DNA of 64,000 nt from Amoebophrya sp. A120 (Eukaryota; Protista; Dinoflagellata). The notes beneath the pieces were generated by a model. The model worked only from the letters and a program-made list of their open reading frames with translations, searched no databases and was not told where the DNA came from. The DNA is taken from NCBI GenBank assembly GCA_905178155.1, contig CAJINV010000004.1, positions 2,741,456-2,805,455 on the forward strand, in the 5' to 3' direction. Positions 48,622 to 62,199 of the stretch are shown here, piece by piece. The position numbers were made by a program, and so were the translations under genes. Numbering within the stretch: position 1 is the stretch's first letter; the number at the start of each line of letters is the position of its first letter.

Positions 48622-49941
48622 CCTATTGGTCTTCAACAAGAAAGCTAGTAAATAATAGAGACGGGCACCCGGCGGCGTGGCCGTCTGCTGCTTGTACTAC
48701 GTTGTACAAGCCATTGACGTGCTTTCTGGCGCCGGGGAGCAACATTGATGTCAGCCCGGCCACAACATCGTCTCTTTTTCTGGAACTCCAAAAAGCACTG
48801 ACTGTTCTTTTATCGAGTCAGTTTGACTACCGCTTGTAATTGGTTTTGCTCTTGCGGTGGTACTGGTAACAAGATCATAAGTGAAAATAAAGAAACAAAG
48901 CCGTCATCATCTTGGGGTTCCGGCTCGCCTCGTATCGCTCTCAAAAAAAATCACGTAAGCAACAGCTCTACTCAAGTATGAAGTTGCAAAAGATGAATCA
49001 GACCAGCACGCGCTGCAGAAACACGACGGTCCGGCCTGTTGCATCCTCATCTTCGCCGTCTCTCATTTAGTAGCCTCCACATGCTGACTGAGAGCAGCCC
49101 ATTTTTTAGAGGTCGTGTAGCGGAAAAGGAGTAGAACTCTATCCGGCAACTGTGCTGGCTAACACCAGCTTGAAACAAAATGAAGAAAAATCTATGCCGC
49201 TTTTCGGGCGATTGATTTAAAAGCACAAACGTCAAATATTTTTTACTTTTTTCAACTTTTTTCGTGAAATGGGCGTGGAGAAAATCATGTTTGCAAACAA
49301 AATGCGGTACATGTCCTTCTTCTCATCTTGCTGTATCGATATTAGCGAGTTGATGGGTCGAAAGAGAGTATCAGTATATCCATGTCGGCGTCTGCATATA
49401 GATCCTAAAAACAACTTCTCATGCTTCTAGATCTAGAAGGATGCTTCGACCTTGAAGTCGAGTTCTGTTTCCTCATCGGATCGAAAGTTAGTTTCCACGA
49501 CTGGCTAATACTGGCGCAAAACCTCCGTGCTGCTACTCCGTCAAAAAGGTAAAATGATGGTGAGTAGATGACATGCTGATACTTATACCGGTCTTGTTTT
49601 TGATTTTGATATAAAATAAAATAAGTCTGCCGAAAGGAAAGCAGTTTTACATTTAGAAAGAAGCGACGACGTCCTCATCGATCTCTTCTACGTACCGCAA
49701 GAAGACAGAGACACGATATATTTTCCTGCATGAAATAAAACAAAGAAAATTATTCATCGCGTAATTTCGTCTTGCCGCGAAATTGTAGAGGAAGACTGGG
49801 AGGAAGGCGCCGGCCACTAAATATTAAGGACCAAGCCATATACTGCAACGAAAAGAAACAACTTCTGCGAAAATTACACCGAGGTTCCTCGACGTCGTCT
49901 CCCTCAGTTTTGATGTTCATCAAAAAATAGAAGTAGCTACA

Positions 49942-52900
49942 CTAGTACTTGACCAACGGAACGCCCACCTCCTCGCGATCCTGCACCCGCCGAGCGATCT
50001 CGCGCAGCTCGTCGGGGACCGGCTGGCCGGCCTTTTCCAGCACCTGGATCAGATGAGCAGCATAGGCGGTTTGCAGGAAAAAAACTGCTTCACCCTGCTG
50101 AATTTTCGTGCTATTGCTTTCGAGGGAATTATACAAACATGACCAGTCGTGGTCGTGGCACTAGGACACTACTTTCGAAAAAGAACAGATGCAACACAGA
50201 GCCAGCGACAGGCACAATACAATTTGGATTTGCACAACACCTGCTGCATGAAGCCTGCTTCCCCGTGCACGGGGGCAGGAAAGACGCGCCACAGAATTGG
50301 GTCGTTTTATGCTGGAAGCCCACAGAGCATCATCTTTATCAAAATTTAAAACTTCTCTTCACTATGAAGCAGTTTTTTTCCTTTGCATAGTCCGGGTAGT
50401 TGGGCCAGTGCTATCAAGTGTAAAAGTGTCTGGGTCTGGAAGATTGCCAGGTTTGTCATGCACATTTTGCATGACTCCTGATGTCTGTGATGCGTGCCCT
50501 AGCGCCACAGATTTTGTGAGGGCTTCCTGATGCCTATACCGCATGACAAATGCTCTGTCCGTGTAGCAAAACTTGGACTCTCTTTGCTGCTCATGCAATA
50601 CAGATTTTTTTACAATCCAAAATCAGCATGACAAGTTGGATTCTTCCAGACCCAGACATTTTTACAGTTGATAAGTACTCAAAGATCGCGATTGACGACG
50701 CCTTGGTTACCACCTCCCTGGTATAAAATTGCAAAAGTATCGCATAATTACAGCTATGCATGACAAATTGCCTTCCTTTTCCTACGGCTCTGCCTCTGCT
50801 ATAACAGCATGACAAATTCCATGATCTGTCCACACTCTTTAGCTAATTTGTATATGCAATTCAAACTAGTAACGATGTTTTTGCGCAGGATAACTGCCCC
50901 GTGCGGTTCGCCCGACACGATGCACGTAGTCTTCGAGCGAAGAAAAGTCGTAAATGAAGACGTGGGAAATGTCCGGAATGTCGAGACCGCGCCCAATCAC
51001 GTCGGTTGCCACCAAAAGCCGGATCCAGCCACGCCTGTAACATCAATTCAGTGGATTTATTCTTTTTTCCGGAACTACATGACAAACTGGTGCACGGATA
51101 ATCTAGATTATTGGAGGAGGACAAAGCTGTTGTGAAAGCACTCCTCTTTGCTGCCTTCGGAACATTCGGTACAACTTAAGTATCAACATTCTTACCGAAA
51201 AGATTCGATCGTGCCGGTGCGTTTATCCTGTCGCTTCCCACCGTGCAACGGTATGCTCTAAAAATCACGAGTTGATGAATTTGCATAAAAATCCCATTCC
51301 CAACAAGAATAACCAAACTTTGCCTTTCAAATTTTTTGAGTCATGATGATGCCTTTAAACTAGAAGAAAGATCTCCGCTCCAAGTCCAACGTCATCTTGC
51401 CATCACTACGTACTGAGTGGGAACAATATGCAAGTCGTTCTGCGAGCTTGCTAGTCACGACACACTATCACGACTTACATGACTTTGGTTTATGGACATA
51501 GACTTCGACATGCCGTAAAAAACGCAGATAAAAAGAGGACAAGCGTGAGGCAATTACATCATCTCATCAATTATCCGAAATCAACATTTTTCTGTTTCGT
51601 AAATGCAGCTGCCTCGTTGAAGCCCACGTTCCAGAGGTCACTGCACAAGTTGTCCGCCGTCACTTCTTATGCATTGCAAAAGCATCTTCGCACTGCAGTT
51701 CTGCATGACAAAAGTATCTTCGCACTGCAGGTCTGCATGACAAAAGTATCTTCGCACTGCAGTTCGTATAAATTGCAGTCCTGCATGACAAACTCCAGTT
51801 TTTCTTCTTGAGAAAGTTATTTGTCATGCGCTTTATACTAGAACTGGTACGGTACTTTTGCGGAATGCATATTTTTTCCGCGACGAAAATGAGGACCTTT
51901 ACGCCCTCGGGAAAGGACCGATTGGCGTTTTTCTCGTAGGCGGTTGTACTAGAATTGGAGTCAGTGGTTGCGATTGGGATGTTGTATAAGGCTTGTTCCT
52001 GCTCCTCTTCATTCTTTCTCCCCTGCTGGTCCTCTGTCGTCAACGTCGTGTAGAAGTTACTTGCACCTCCTTCATCGCACCGGCCATCGTTTTCCAGGAG
52101 GGCACCGCTGTTCGTGGAATTGGACACCTTCAGGTCCCGACAAGAAATATGCAATGGAACAATTTTTGATGCGTGCTACCACGCGTTAGAAGAAGTCCTC
52201 CTCGCACTTTCTTACTTTAGACTTTCCTAATTAGAAATCCACATTGAAGAACAAGATGAGCTCGGAAAGTAAGTTGTAGATCAACTTCCACTATACGTTC
52301 TAAGTAAAGTGCCAGTAGTACTGGCGTGTCAGTTCTCTATACAGAAAGATCTTGACAAGTTTTCTGAAGATCATGCACCGCTGCAGATGGTAGTACTTAC
52401 TCCCGCTTTCATTGATGCAGCTTCACGAAACTTTACCTTGTACTAGTGCTTGTGCTGAGGACTTGGCATGATCACCAACACAATTTTATTTTTCCTTCGG
52501 GATAATCCAGCAGTTCGGACAGAAAATCGTAAAGTAGCTTTTTCTTCAGTGTCTGCGCTGCAGCATAATCCAGTGACGGGTCCACCACGATCACCTTCTG
52601 GTCAATCTCCGGTCGGACGGTGAGAGTGCAAGAACCGGAAAAAGAAGTATCGTGTCCCTCATGTCCCTCAAGGGCAGACGAGCCGGCTCCTGTCGTGTTG
52701 GAGGCAGCATTGATCCTCGTTGAACCGTTATACAAGAAAAAAACTGTGTAAGCGTAAATCTCTGATGCGGAAAAAGCAAAACAGTTACACTTCTTGCGCT
52801 TGTCATGCTCGACATGCATGAGCATGATCGGCTCGTTTCCTATGTGTATGTTTTTTCCCTTCCTAACTGCGCATAACAAGTTTTTCCTATCATTGCAGAC

Positions 52901-55273
52901 AAACTTGTGATGCTGTTTTCCCAAAAGATTTACACTAACGCAGTTTTTTTCTTGGATAACCGTGAAGGTCCTGTTCGACCTCCAAAATCAGCTTCCGCTC
53001 GTTTTCCGCGAGTTCAAAGGCGACTTTTTGCACGGTCGCGTCCCACGTAGCCGTGAAAAAGTAGGTGATGCGCTTCCGTGGCGGTAGAGGACCTTCTGCT
53101 CGTCCGGGTTGCATTTTCATCGCCCGCGCGAGCTCTTCGACGACACCTCCAAACCCCTCGTCGAGCATGCGGTCCGCTTCGTCCATATCAAACAAAAAAG
53201 CGCTAACGTAAACGGTCCGTTTACGTTTAGATTTTATTTTTAGAGATTGCAGCTATGCATGACAAATTTTGCCTAGAATGCATGCTATGCAACACCAATT
53301 CCGATTCCGGGGCCATTTCTGATGCATTACTGCATCACAAATTTTTCCGGTAACCTTAGCACTTTTTCCTGTGATAGTCCAGGACCAAAATGCCGAAGTT
53401 CCGGCTCAGGTCGAGTTTTCCATCCTCGACGAAGTCCCTCAATCTGCCCGGCGTTCCGACCACGAGACGCGCAGCACAAAGGTACGGCTCCTGGTATTTG
53501 CGCCCCTGGCCGCCGTAGCAGCATACCGAGCAGATTTTTCGGCAAAAGGTCAACTTCTCAAACTCCTTGTGGATCTGGTCTGCGAGCTCCCGGACGGGAG
53601 CGAGAACTAGTGCGCGCAGCTCCAGGCCCTGCGCCTCTGCGGCCTCGAGTTGAATGATGGTGGCTACGAGGAACGCGAGGGTTTTGCCGCTGCCCGTGCG
53701 CGCGACACCGATAATGTCGATCGGGGCGTTGAAGGTCAAGGCGTCATTTGTTACCGTAGAAGAAGCCCCCATAATTCTTGTCGCGCCCTCGTCTGTAGTT
53801 CCAGGAGCTGCACGAAGTATGGAAATATCAGAACAACACGTTGAACTAGGCGTTTTCGCAAAGAGGTGTTGGACCGCCGGGGCCAGGAAGTATTTCTGGA
53901 TCTTCATCGGTCGCGTCCACTTGTACCAGTCGAGATTGTCGAGGACGTAGCCTTATGCATTGCAAAAGTATAAGTGTCGTAGTCGTACTCGTGAATCTGA
54001 ATTGCACTAGAAATTGCCTTAGCATGACAGATTAAATCTGTATAGGCGGATTTTCCTTAAGAAAGAGATTTGCAATGCACGCACGCAATTAGTACGAGTA
54101 CGATACCACTTTTCCAGTGGATAAGCCTGGAATCAAATTTTCCGTCAAGTCGTCCCGGAAACTGTCAAAAACAAACACGCTGTTGACGCCGTTTTCCGCA
54201 GCTGGAGGACCAGAGTCATTTCTGTCCTTCCCAGATGAGGATGACACGTGCTCCAAAACGATGGGCGCAGCTGCAGCAGAGACCGTCGACGAATCAGTTT
54301 CGATTTTTGTCGACAGGAGAAACTGGATCTGGATCCGGTCTGTTTCCAGCTCCTCCAGGGTGGCGAGTTTTCCAAACGAAGTCACCTCCTGCGGGTTGAA
54401 GCGGAAACCAGATTTTTTGTACTCCGTCCAACTTCCGGCTTCGTCTTTCACCCACGTGTTGCCTTCTTTGTCGACGACTGTGCTGCTGGTGACCGGGTTT
54501 TTGGTGAAAGACGCTGCGTTTTGTTGATTCCACGAACGAGTCGTGTAGTAGGTTGCGTTGTCTTCACCGGTCGTGGAATAGTTCTTGCTGTCCTCGTCTT
54601 CTCTGATGTTTCTGTAGTAGTTGTTTTTCCTGTCGTACGGGACGTCATTGCCGCGACCTCCACCAAAACTCCGGTAGTTCGAGGTTGTAGAAGCATGATC
54701 GTAGCTGTTGTATTTCGCTCGCCAATCTTCCGGGGCCTTCGCGGCCGTCGAAGCAGCGTCGTCGTAGTTTTCAGCCTTGTAATAGCGTGTGCTGTAGTTT
54801 CGATTTTGTTTCTGCCAGATCGTAGTAGACGATGAGTAGGACGAAAAGTCGCTTTTGTGGAGGTCGTGCGAAGGTGCTTTTCCGTCCCACTCACCGTCGC
54901 CTCGCCAATTGCCGGCACTTCCACCTTCGGGGTTGCCTCTGTCGTCGCGGTAGTTGGAATGCTGCGTGTTTCTATAGTTGTACCAGTCTCCGCTCTGTCG
55001 TCCAGTGGAGTCGCTGTAATTTTTGTCCCAAGAGGAGGCCCAACTTGACGACCCCGAGTTGGCAGCCCGCTGGTCGTGGGAAGTCGACGTGGGAAGTCGT
55101 TTATCGTTATAATTATTTTCCCTCTTCCCCCAGGGATCGTTGTTCTTGTAGTCCTGCTGCGTATCTAGCACGTGCTCACTAATAGGACCGGCCACGGTGG
55201 CTGCCGGTTCGTGCCCATGTGTCGAACTGGGCAGGGACGTACCATTAGTTGTATCGCCGTACGCTTCTGTCAT
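49942..55273 (-). CDS. DEAD-box RNA helicase (Dbp2/Dbp3-like), multi-exon
   Basis: Q-motif [86 protein letters not shown]. Confidence 0.92.
50412..50673. mobile_element. Introner, family E (262 bp)
   Basis: Direct repeat agtgc/agtac; TGTCTGGGTCTGGAAG TIR. Confidence 0.9.
50722..50892. mobile_element. Introner, diverged family A-like (171 bp)
   Basis: TAT..ATA ends; direct repeat cctgg/actgc (3 of 5); frame restored. Confidence 0.8.
51668..51871. mobile_element. Introner with internal tandem repeat (204 bp)
   Basis: TATGCATT..AATGCATA ends; about three copies of tcttcgcactgcag.tctgcatgacaaaagta; direct repeat 3 of 5. Confidence 0.82.
52729..52958. mobile_element. Introner, family G (230 bp)
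   Basis: TIR TAT.CAAGAAAAAAACTG.GT.AG.GTAAATCT; perfect direct repeat accgt. Confidence 0.92.
53186..53376. mobile_element. Introner (191 bp) splitting the DEAD motif
   Basis: Perfect direct repeat gtcca; TATCA..AAAAAG.GCTAA TIR. Confidence 0.92.
53954..54123. mobile_element. Introner, family A-like (170 bp)
   Basis: Perfect direct repeat agcct; removal gives [11 protein letters not shown]. Confidence 0.9.
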
Positions 55274-57436
55274 CCTGTTGTTCTTGCTTGAAGTACTTAT
55301 ATTCTTTTCTGTTCTTTTTACTGTCGTGTGCAGGTGCTGCGGTATTATGTATGATGATCTGTTTCCCTAAAAGATGCGTACGCCACTAACTTTCACATCT
55401 AGTATATCTTTGAAAACCGGCGACCACACGACCGCAAGCCAATGGCTTATATTAAAATTCAGTCTATAGCTGTAAAGAGTTGCTGAAGATATTACCGCTT
55501 TGCTATTCGTAATCAGCCGATTTTTTTTCTCTTAGTACTAGTAGAAGTCTACTTCGCTGCTCTATTCCATGCAGCTTTACTTGCTCGTTGAACTGGTGCA
55601 CCACACACCCGCATGTTGTTCATATTCTGCCTTCAGGCCATCCTTATTCCTTTCAACTTCAAGATACAGTTTCTAAAACACTGGTCATGATTCGTTGCCC
55701 ATGAACATGATTGGGTAGGTCGTCTACGTTGCTGGCAACAATACTTCACACGTACGCAGATGACCGACGAGGAGCAGTAGAAGATCATCTGCACTTCGAC
55801 GCGCCAGGCATCCTAGCCGCACTACAACTTCCTCTTTTGTTAGTATGCTCCTCCGAAAACAACTTGCGCTTCTCGCTTCAGGACCAAGTTTGCGACTATT
55901 TTTTTTTGGTTATGGTGTCCACGCACCAACAAACACTGATGTAGTAGAACTATGCATCACAGACACAGGACACTTCATCAAGTTGACTATAACTTCAGGA
56001 CGAACATCCACTTCACGGGGTAGTCGAGAAGTATTATAAAAGTCAAATCTACTACAACATCTTCTTCGGTTGATGTACCGGAATTGGTGAGCTATGAGCT
56101 GCAGATTTTCTCTTCTTCGCCGTTTTCGCTTGATACATCCATGTTTCTTTCACAACAGCATCTCCTTGGGAGACATCTAGTAAAAGCAGGTCACTCACAA
56201 AGGGATACAAAAGCAAATACGTGATGAAAAAATCAGTACTGCATGGCGGAAGCCCGCCCATTCTACGGGACTGCCAATGACAGATTTCTTCTTGTTTCGG
56301 ATACATATTCATTGTTACATCCAGAAGTGTGCGCTGCTAGCTTTTTTCTCTGGGATACCATTGCACTTCTCCAGTGGTCGGTGAAGAGCATGCTATCACC
56401 CGACGTATCCACACTTGCCTTTGGATTCTCAGTAGCATGATCAACACAATACTCATGCTAATCTAATCCATGTAATAACTCAAGAAAAATACCAACTGGC
56501 TGCAGCAGCTTTGGCTACCTTAAATCTGAAAAAAAAGAAAAACGCAAGCAAAATAAATCTTGAGAGACGGGCTATCTTCTGAGTAAAGTCACAAAGATAA
56601 AAATCTTATTTAGCTGCCTTTAAAAATTTGTTGGGAAGCGTCGCTTAGTAAAGGTTGTGAAAAAAGAAGTAAAAAGTTACTGCTCTGGACAAAATTCGAG
56701 AGCGTTGCTGAAAGCTTAAACGCGAATTTCGCTGTGCATAAAAATTGCGCTGTGGAGAAGAGAAGCTGTTTTTTGTTTCTGTGTTTTTTGCTTTTGACGT
56801 TTTGCTGCTATCCACTTTGCGAGCTGCAGATCTTCTTGGATGATCTGTCTTACGCCGATAAAAAGACGTGTTTTTTGTTTGAGTTTTAAACTTTCTCTTT
56901 CTCGCTTTTGAGTACTAAAAGAAGTCTGGACTTGCTGACGTTGAGCGCTACTTCTCGCGACCTGCGAGCGCCTGTATGAAACAAGCTTTTTCGGCACTAT
57001 ATCAGCATTGAATAAACAAGAAAAACTAAACAAGGATTCGACGCAATCCCTTTATTTGTCCTAGCACGCGACATTCGATCGCACAGGTGTCGAATCACAA
57101 CCCCAATCCTTGCACAGGCGCTCGGCATCAAAACGGTACTTGCTGGTTTCCTTTTTCTGCCCGTTGCAACAGCAGTACCAGTAACCTGTGTTCGTGGTAG
57201 TTAATTATGATTTCCATTTGTGTGCTTACAGTCTCTGCACTACACGCAGTACTACCAAAAGTCGCGCACTATGCACGCACACACATACACAACCGACAAG
57301 CACATTTCTTTGGTAATGAAGTAACATTTCAAGAGGCGCCAGTTATTGCATAGGGTAATGCATCGTAAAAATTAAAATAGCGCACTGGCAATGGAGAGAC
57401 ATGACGAAGAAAAAAAATGATCATCATTTTCATCAT

Positions 57437-58156
57437 TTACCGTCGTGGTCGTTCTGCCGGGTCCAGCTTGTCGGCTGAGCTCGCGCCGTATTCGCTGGTT
57501 CTGCCGGTTCGTGTCCCCACGGTCTTCCTGGAAAAGAGCCGTCCTGGGCGACCCTTCGTCCGTTGCGCACTGTGCCGGCGTATGTCGGACGGTTCTGTTT
57601 TTGAAGATTGGCTTCTTTCGCGCGTCGGTATCCCAACGACCCCAAAGACAAGAGGCGCACAAGAAAAGCCAGGACGAATCTGAACACCACTAGGAATCAG
57701 AGCAGTATCCACTTTGTAACGCACTCCGGTGCTTCTCGTGTGTAGTGCAGGTTTTCCGTTCCTTCCTAAATAAGCTAGCACGAAAGTGCCCGCATCAGGG
57801 TGCTTAGAGGTAAGAGCCAATATATTTGCAACGCTAAGAAGCATACGCGCCGCAATAGTTTCCCGTGGAGAAGCTAGCGCATCTGTGGCAGTGGTTGACA
57901 AGCAAAGCAGAGGCGTTTCATGCTTTTGGCCGTTCGGCAACGTTTTGCCGTTTCGGAATTTGCCATGCGTATTTGGGCCATTTAGTGACGCTCTTCCCCC
58001 TTCCCTTTTCGTGATCACGCCCAACATTTGGCGGGCGGCAGAGTAGTGCGCGGCTATTCTACGAGCTGAGTCAATATCTTCAGGCCCATTCTGCGGCCAT
58101 TTTCTCATCGCTACTACTGATCTGCGGCATAGGTGAGGTTTTCGGAATTTATCCAC
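57437..58156 (-). CDS. Hypothetical ORF, possibly mobile-element derived
   Basis: 239-aa intronless ORF from ATG; no recognisable motif. Confidence 0.3.
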   Translation of the reverse strand: MDKFRKPHLCRRSVVAMRKWPQNGPEDIDSARRIAAHYSAARQMLGVITKREGGRASLNGPNTHGKFRNGKTLPNGQKHETPLLCLSTTATDALASPRETIAARMLLSVANILALTSKHPDAGTFVLAYLGRNGKPALHTRSTGVRYKVDTALIPSGVQIRPGFSCAPLVFGVVGIPTRERSQSSKTEPSDIRRHSAQRTKGRPGRLFSRKTVGTRTGRTSEYGASSADKLDPAERPRR

Positions 58157-58318
58157 TTTTTTGATTTGTCTTGCTAATCACGGCCGAGCTCTTTGATTTG
58201 GGTGGACCTCAACGAAGGTCCACCTCGAAAGCAAAACGAGCGAAAGTATTTGTCGCTCGCGCCGCCGTGGAGGGGGCACAAGCACAATGGCGCGGAATGT
58301 TCTACATAATTACACTAA

Positions 58319-58339
58319 GAGAGAGAGAGAGAGAGAGAG
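58319..58339. repeat. (AG)n microsatellite
   Basis: Directly visible run of about 10 units. Confidence 0.9.
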
Positions 58340-60632
58340 ACAGCCGAAGTAGTAAACTAGTCCGGACTAGAGTAACGCACACCACACAGTTGAACGAAGA
58401 CCCTGCTTCCGCTCCCCCGCTTGAGTGATGCCGTTTTTGCCCACCTCGCAACGCCCTTCTGTGGTCCGTCTGATCTACCCTCGGAATGCGCGGGCGGCGG
58501 CGTGGCCCTAGGTGTCTGCCAAGCTGATAGAAATCCACAGAGAGTTTGGTAGTCAGTTTCGTCAAGGTCGACCGGAGGGCGTAGGGATGGTTTACCTGTG
58601 GCCTTGTAGCCCGAGTCTGGTAAGAACCGTTCTACGCGCTGACGTCGTCCACGAGATGTCCGTGAAGAGTAAGGCGGCAAGTTAAGGGGGAATTGAGATG
58701 ACGGGGAACTTAAAAAAAAAATAAAAGGCAGTCGAAAGCAAACTAGTTCCCCGGCTCGACGTGCGGCGACGCTGCCCTTCCACGCAGCGCCCCGGCGAGC
58801 AGTTGACGGCGTACTCACTCACCGGACAGGCCGTCTCCCGTTGTTCAGCGGGGCGGCTATTCTAGCACAAAAACAATAGAAGTAGTTTTTGCGACTTCTG
58901 TCTTTCTCTTTCTTCTTACTAAGCTACTACTACTACTATTTTTCTTTTTCTCACTAAGCTATCTGCGGACCTCGGCGGCGCATCAACCCGGTGAGTGAGT
59001 GAGGGCAGTTTGTGAAGGACGCATTTTGTGGTTTTTGTTTTTTCACCGACGTATTTTGGATCGAGGACCGACTTGCTTTTGTGTGTGTGTTTTCTGCGTC
59101 AACGTTCTTACGTTTGCTAGCGCTACCGGGGGGCTCTTCCTGTCCCCCCGGGTCCTAATGTGTTTTGATTTGGAAAGGGGTAGTATCCGTTCTCAAACAG
59201 ACGCAGGATCAAACGACGCAGGTTTGAATGTGTAGGATTGTGAAGAAGAATTTAAAAAGAATTTAGAGCGGGGTAACAATTGATTCAACTAAGTCGCCCC
59301 GGCGCCTTAGTCGTCCGTCCGGCCGGACGGACGGCTAAGTCGCCGTTTGCGGCGAGAAGCTTTTCCCTTCAGGCTAGCTGCCCCCCCAGAACCAAAATCG
59401 ATATCGCGAAGCGAGCACCGTCCAGAAACCGTATGCAAAGTCGCACTTTTTCAAATGGATTTTCATGGTTTTGGCATGTTTCTTTTTTTTGGATTTCCGA
59501 AAAAAAAACGCAAACTCAGCTCGTCGTATCATACATATTCGCCGGAAGGCGCATGGGAATGTCGCCGGAAGGCACATGGGCACGGCAAGGGGGCGCCCCG
59601 GATTTGGCGGCCGTATCTATCCCGGGAGTTGTTTGGCCGGGGCTACTTGGGCAAGCAACGCGCAACCCAAGCCGCTGGACCGATGTCCGCCGCCTTTGTT
59701 CGGCAATAACGAATGGGCGGCGCCAACACGCGCGCCGCCACAGCAAAAGCCTGGCGGGCCGCCGGCGGCTCGGGCTCCCTCGCAACAGCGGGGCATGAAG
59801 TTTGGCAAGCAAGCAAAAGCAGGGCACGCATGTGGGTGCTGGGCAATCACTTGCAGCGCTTCGCCGTGTGTGTTTGCTGGGCATGAAGCTGCACAACAAG
59901 CACAACGCGGGGAAACATAGAACAGGAGCTGCACAACATCGGCGCCCCAGCGAGCTTTTCTTTGCGTTTAAAATGCAGGCGGGCCGCTGAGTGGCCGGCT
60001 TCTAGCGTTGTCTTTTTTTCAGCAAGAGGCGCGCCAACATGCGGAGAAAAATCCGGGCCGTGAATCGTTGGCGCCTGAATCAATTTGGCCCGGTGAGAAA
60101 CTGGCGCCCCGAATTTTTACCGCGCGGAACTCTGCTTCGTTTTTTTCACAAGGAGACCAAAAGCTCTAGCGGTCGACCTCGAGTGGTCGCCCTCAACTTT
60201 TGATCAACTTAGATCAGCCGTTCGCCCATTATAGGCGAAGTCTTTTATTTTTCTGACCTCTAGAGGTCGCTCCTCTCCTTTGCTATCGGTCTGGACCTGG
60301 AGCATACCGTCGGGGAAAAAAATATACAAAAAAAACAAAAACCCCCGACCTCTAGAGCTTTTCCTCAGGTTTTCGTCAAAATGGCACATACAATAAATCA
60401 GCCACAGCATCGCGCTTGGCCAATTTTCAAAAAGTCGCTGCTTTTCGGTTTGGTCTCGTTTTCGTCAGGTTTTGGTCAAGTTTTCGCCACAGTATTATCG
60501 CGATTAAGATTCCCATACCTTATTTGGTCTCTCCTTTTTGGTCAAGTTGCTACGAGTCTACAGCTCTCTAATACTATGAAGCTGCTCTGTTTACATCGAC
60601 CTGGGGCGGTCGGTGGCGAGAAGCAAGACGAC

Positions 60633-60860
60633 CTAAAACCAGCAAAGTGGAAGACTTACCACACTGCCGAATACCGGACTCGCTTTCTCTACATATGCCG
60701 TAGCTTGTCCGTCACTCCCGATCACGGCCTGCTGGTCCAGCCCGGGCTTGGCCTGTTCGTCAGTAAACTCGGTCTCGACGGGGGGGACTAACCCATAAAC
60801 CGCTGTCGCAGCAAGGACCCCGGCAGAGCGCACCAGCTTCTTCAGGATTCCGAACGCCAT
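60633..60860 (-). CDS. First exon of a putative secreted protein
   Basis: MAFGILKKLVRSAGVLAATAVYG is signal-like and followed by an acidic segment; downstream exons not found. Confidence 0.4.
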   Translation of the reverse strand: MAFGILKKLVRSAGVLAATAVYGLVPPVETEFTDEQAKPGLDQQAVIGSDGQATAYVEKASPVFGSVVSLPLCWF

Positions 60861-62199
60861 TCTGGTGGGTGTTGTCTTTGTGGGTCTTTCTATTTCTTTC
60901 TACAAAAGACGAAGTAATGGAAGAGTACAAGGACGGAGCGGGCTGATGCAATCTAGTATGTAAAAGTCCTTGCCGCGGTACTTAGTTCGTGATTGCGTTG
61001 CTGGCCGCGTACTTTTGGTTTTGCGCCTCTAGAACATGCAAGCTGTACAATTATACCGTTTTAGTACTTCGCTCGCGCTTTCGCTCAGATGATGCGCAAC
61101 AGGCCAGCGCTATGAGTTCGAGCATGGTTATTCCCTAAAGAGATACATCTTTCACTCAACTGCTTTGCCTTTGCTTGGTCCTATATGCAGTTGGCCCTCA
61201 TCACGCAGAAACACGCTCGGGCGGCTCGTTGTGCTTCTTCTGTCTTTTCTACTATTCTGTTGTCAGCGCTACTCTATGCCAGCACGTCGCTTTTCCTTTT
61301 GTTCGTTTTCCTCGTATAAATTGGAATTGCTTCTTCAGCTTGCTTCAAGAAGCATTTTGTAAACGCTGGCCATAAGTACGCGTATTAATACGTTGGCGAA
61401 ATCTAGTACGTGCCCCACGCTCAAGCAGATGACTGACAAGATTCTCATCCGCACTTACTTTCTTGCGCCGAGCATCGCCCTAGTCGTCCTGCTTTCTAGT
61501 TTGTACTATATGCTCCTTGTCTGAGAAGTTGTGCTTCTCGCTGCAGAAGAAAAATCCGACCATGTTTTATCCGGTTTTGGTTCCCCAGAGCGAAGTTGCT
61601 GAGTTAAATTTACAACTTTTTGACGAACACCACGCGGCCGCCTTCATCCGATTGCCAAGAAGTATTCAAGAGACCAGACGAGAAAGCTAAATCTACATCT
61701 TCAGGTTCACTTGATGCAGCAGACACTGGTCCATTTCCCGTTGGTCCGTCTTATTCGGGGTTCTCGAGGCGGTTAAAATCATGTAAGAGCCTCGCGTCTG
61801 TGCAACGCTATTGGTAAGCAAGCTTTGAGCTGCTACAGATTCTCTCATATTCCCGTTTCTGCTATACGTGTTTCATCTCCGCAGGAGCTCCTTTGGGGAC
61901 ATGTACACAGTCCAGATCTACTCCAGTCGGTGGACGGATGGTCGAGTCGAAGTTTCAATGCTGCCCAAGAGCCCCGTGGATCGAGTCCAACTTTGCCGCC
62001 AGCTGTTCGCGTTCGGTAGTATGGAGAGGAAAAATTCTTATCCTAAACACGTAGTAGCTCCTCAAGTTCGTCGTGCTTTCATGAAAAGCCGCGAAGGGAA
62101 AACAAATCCGCTTCTGCTTTTGTTTTCTGGTGCTGGTCCTTTGTGCTGCATGACAAGTTGTGATCTATCATCGCACTGCTAGGCGAAGGATAAGATTTG

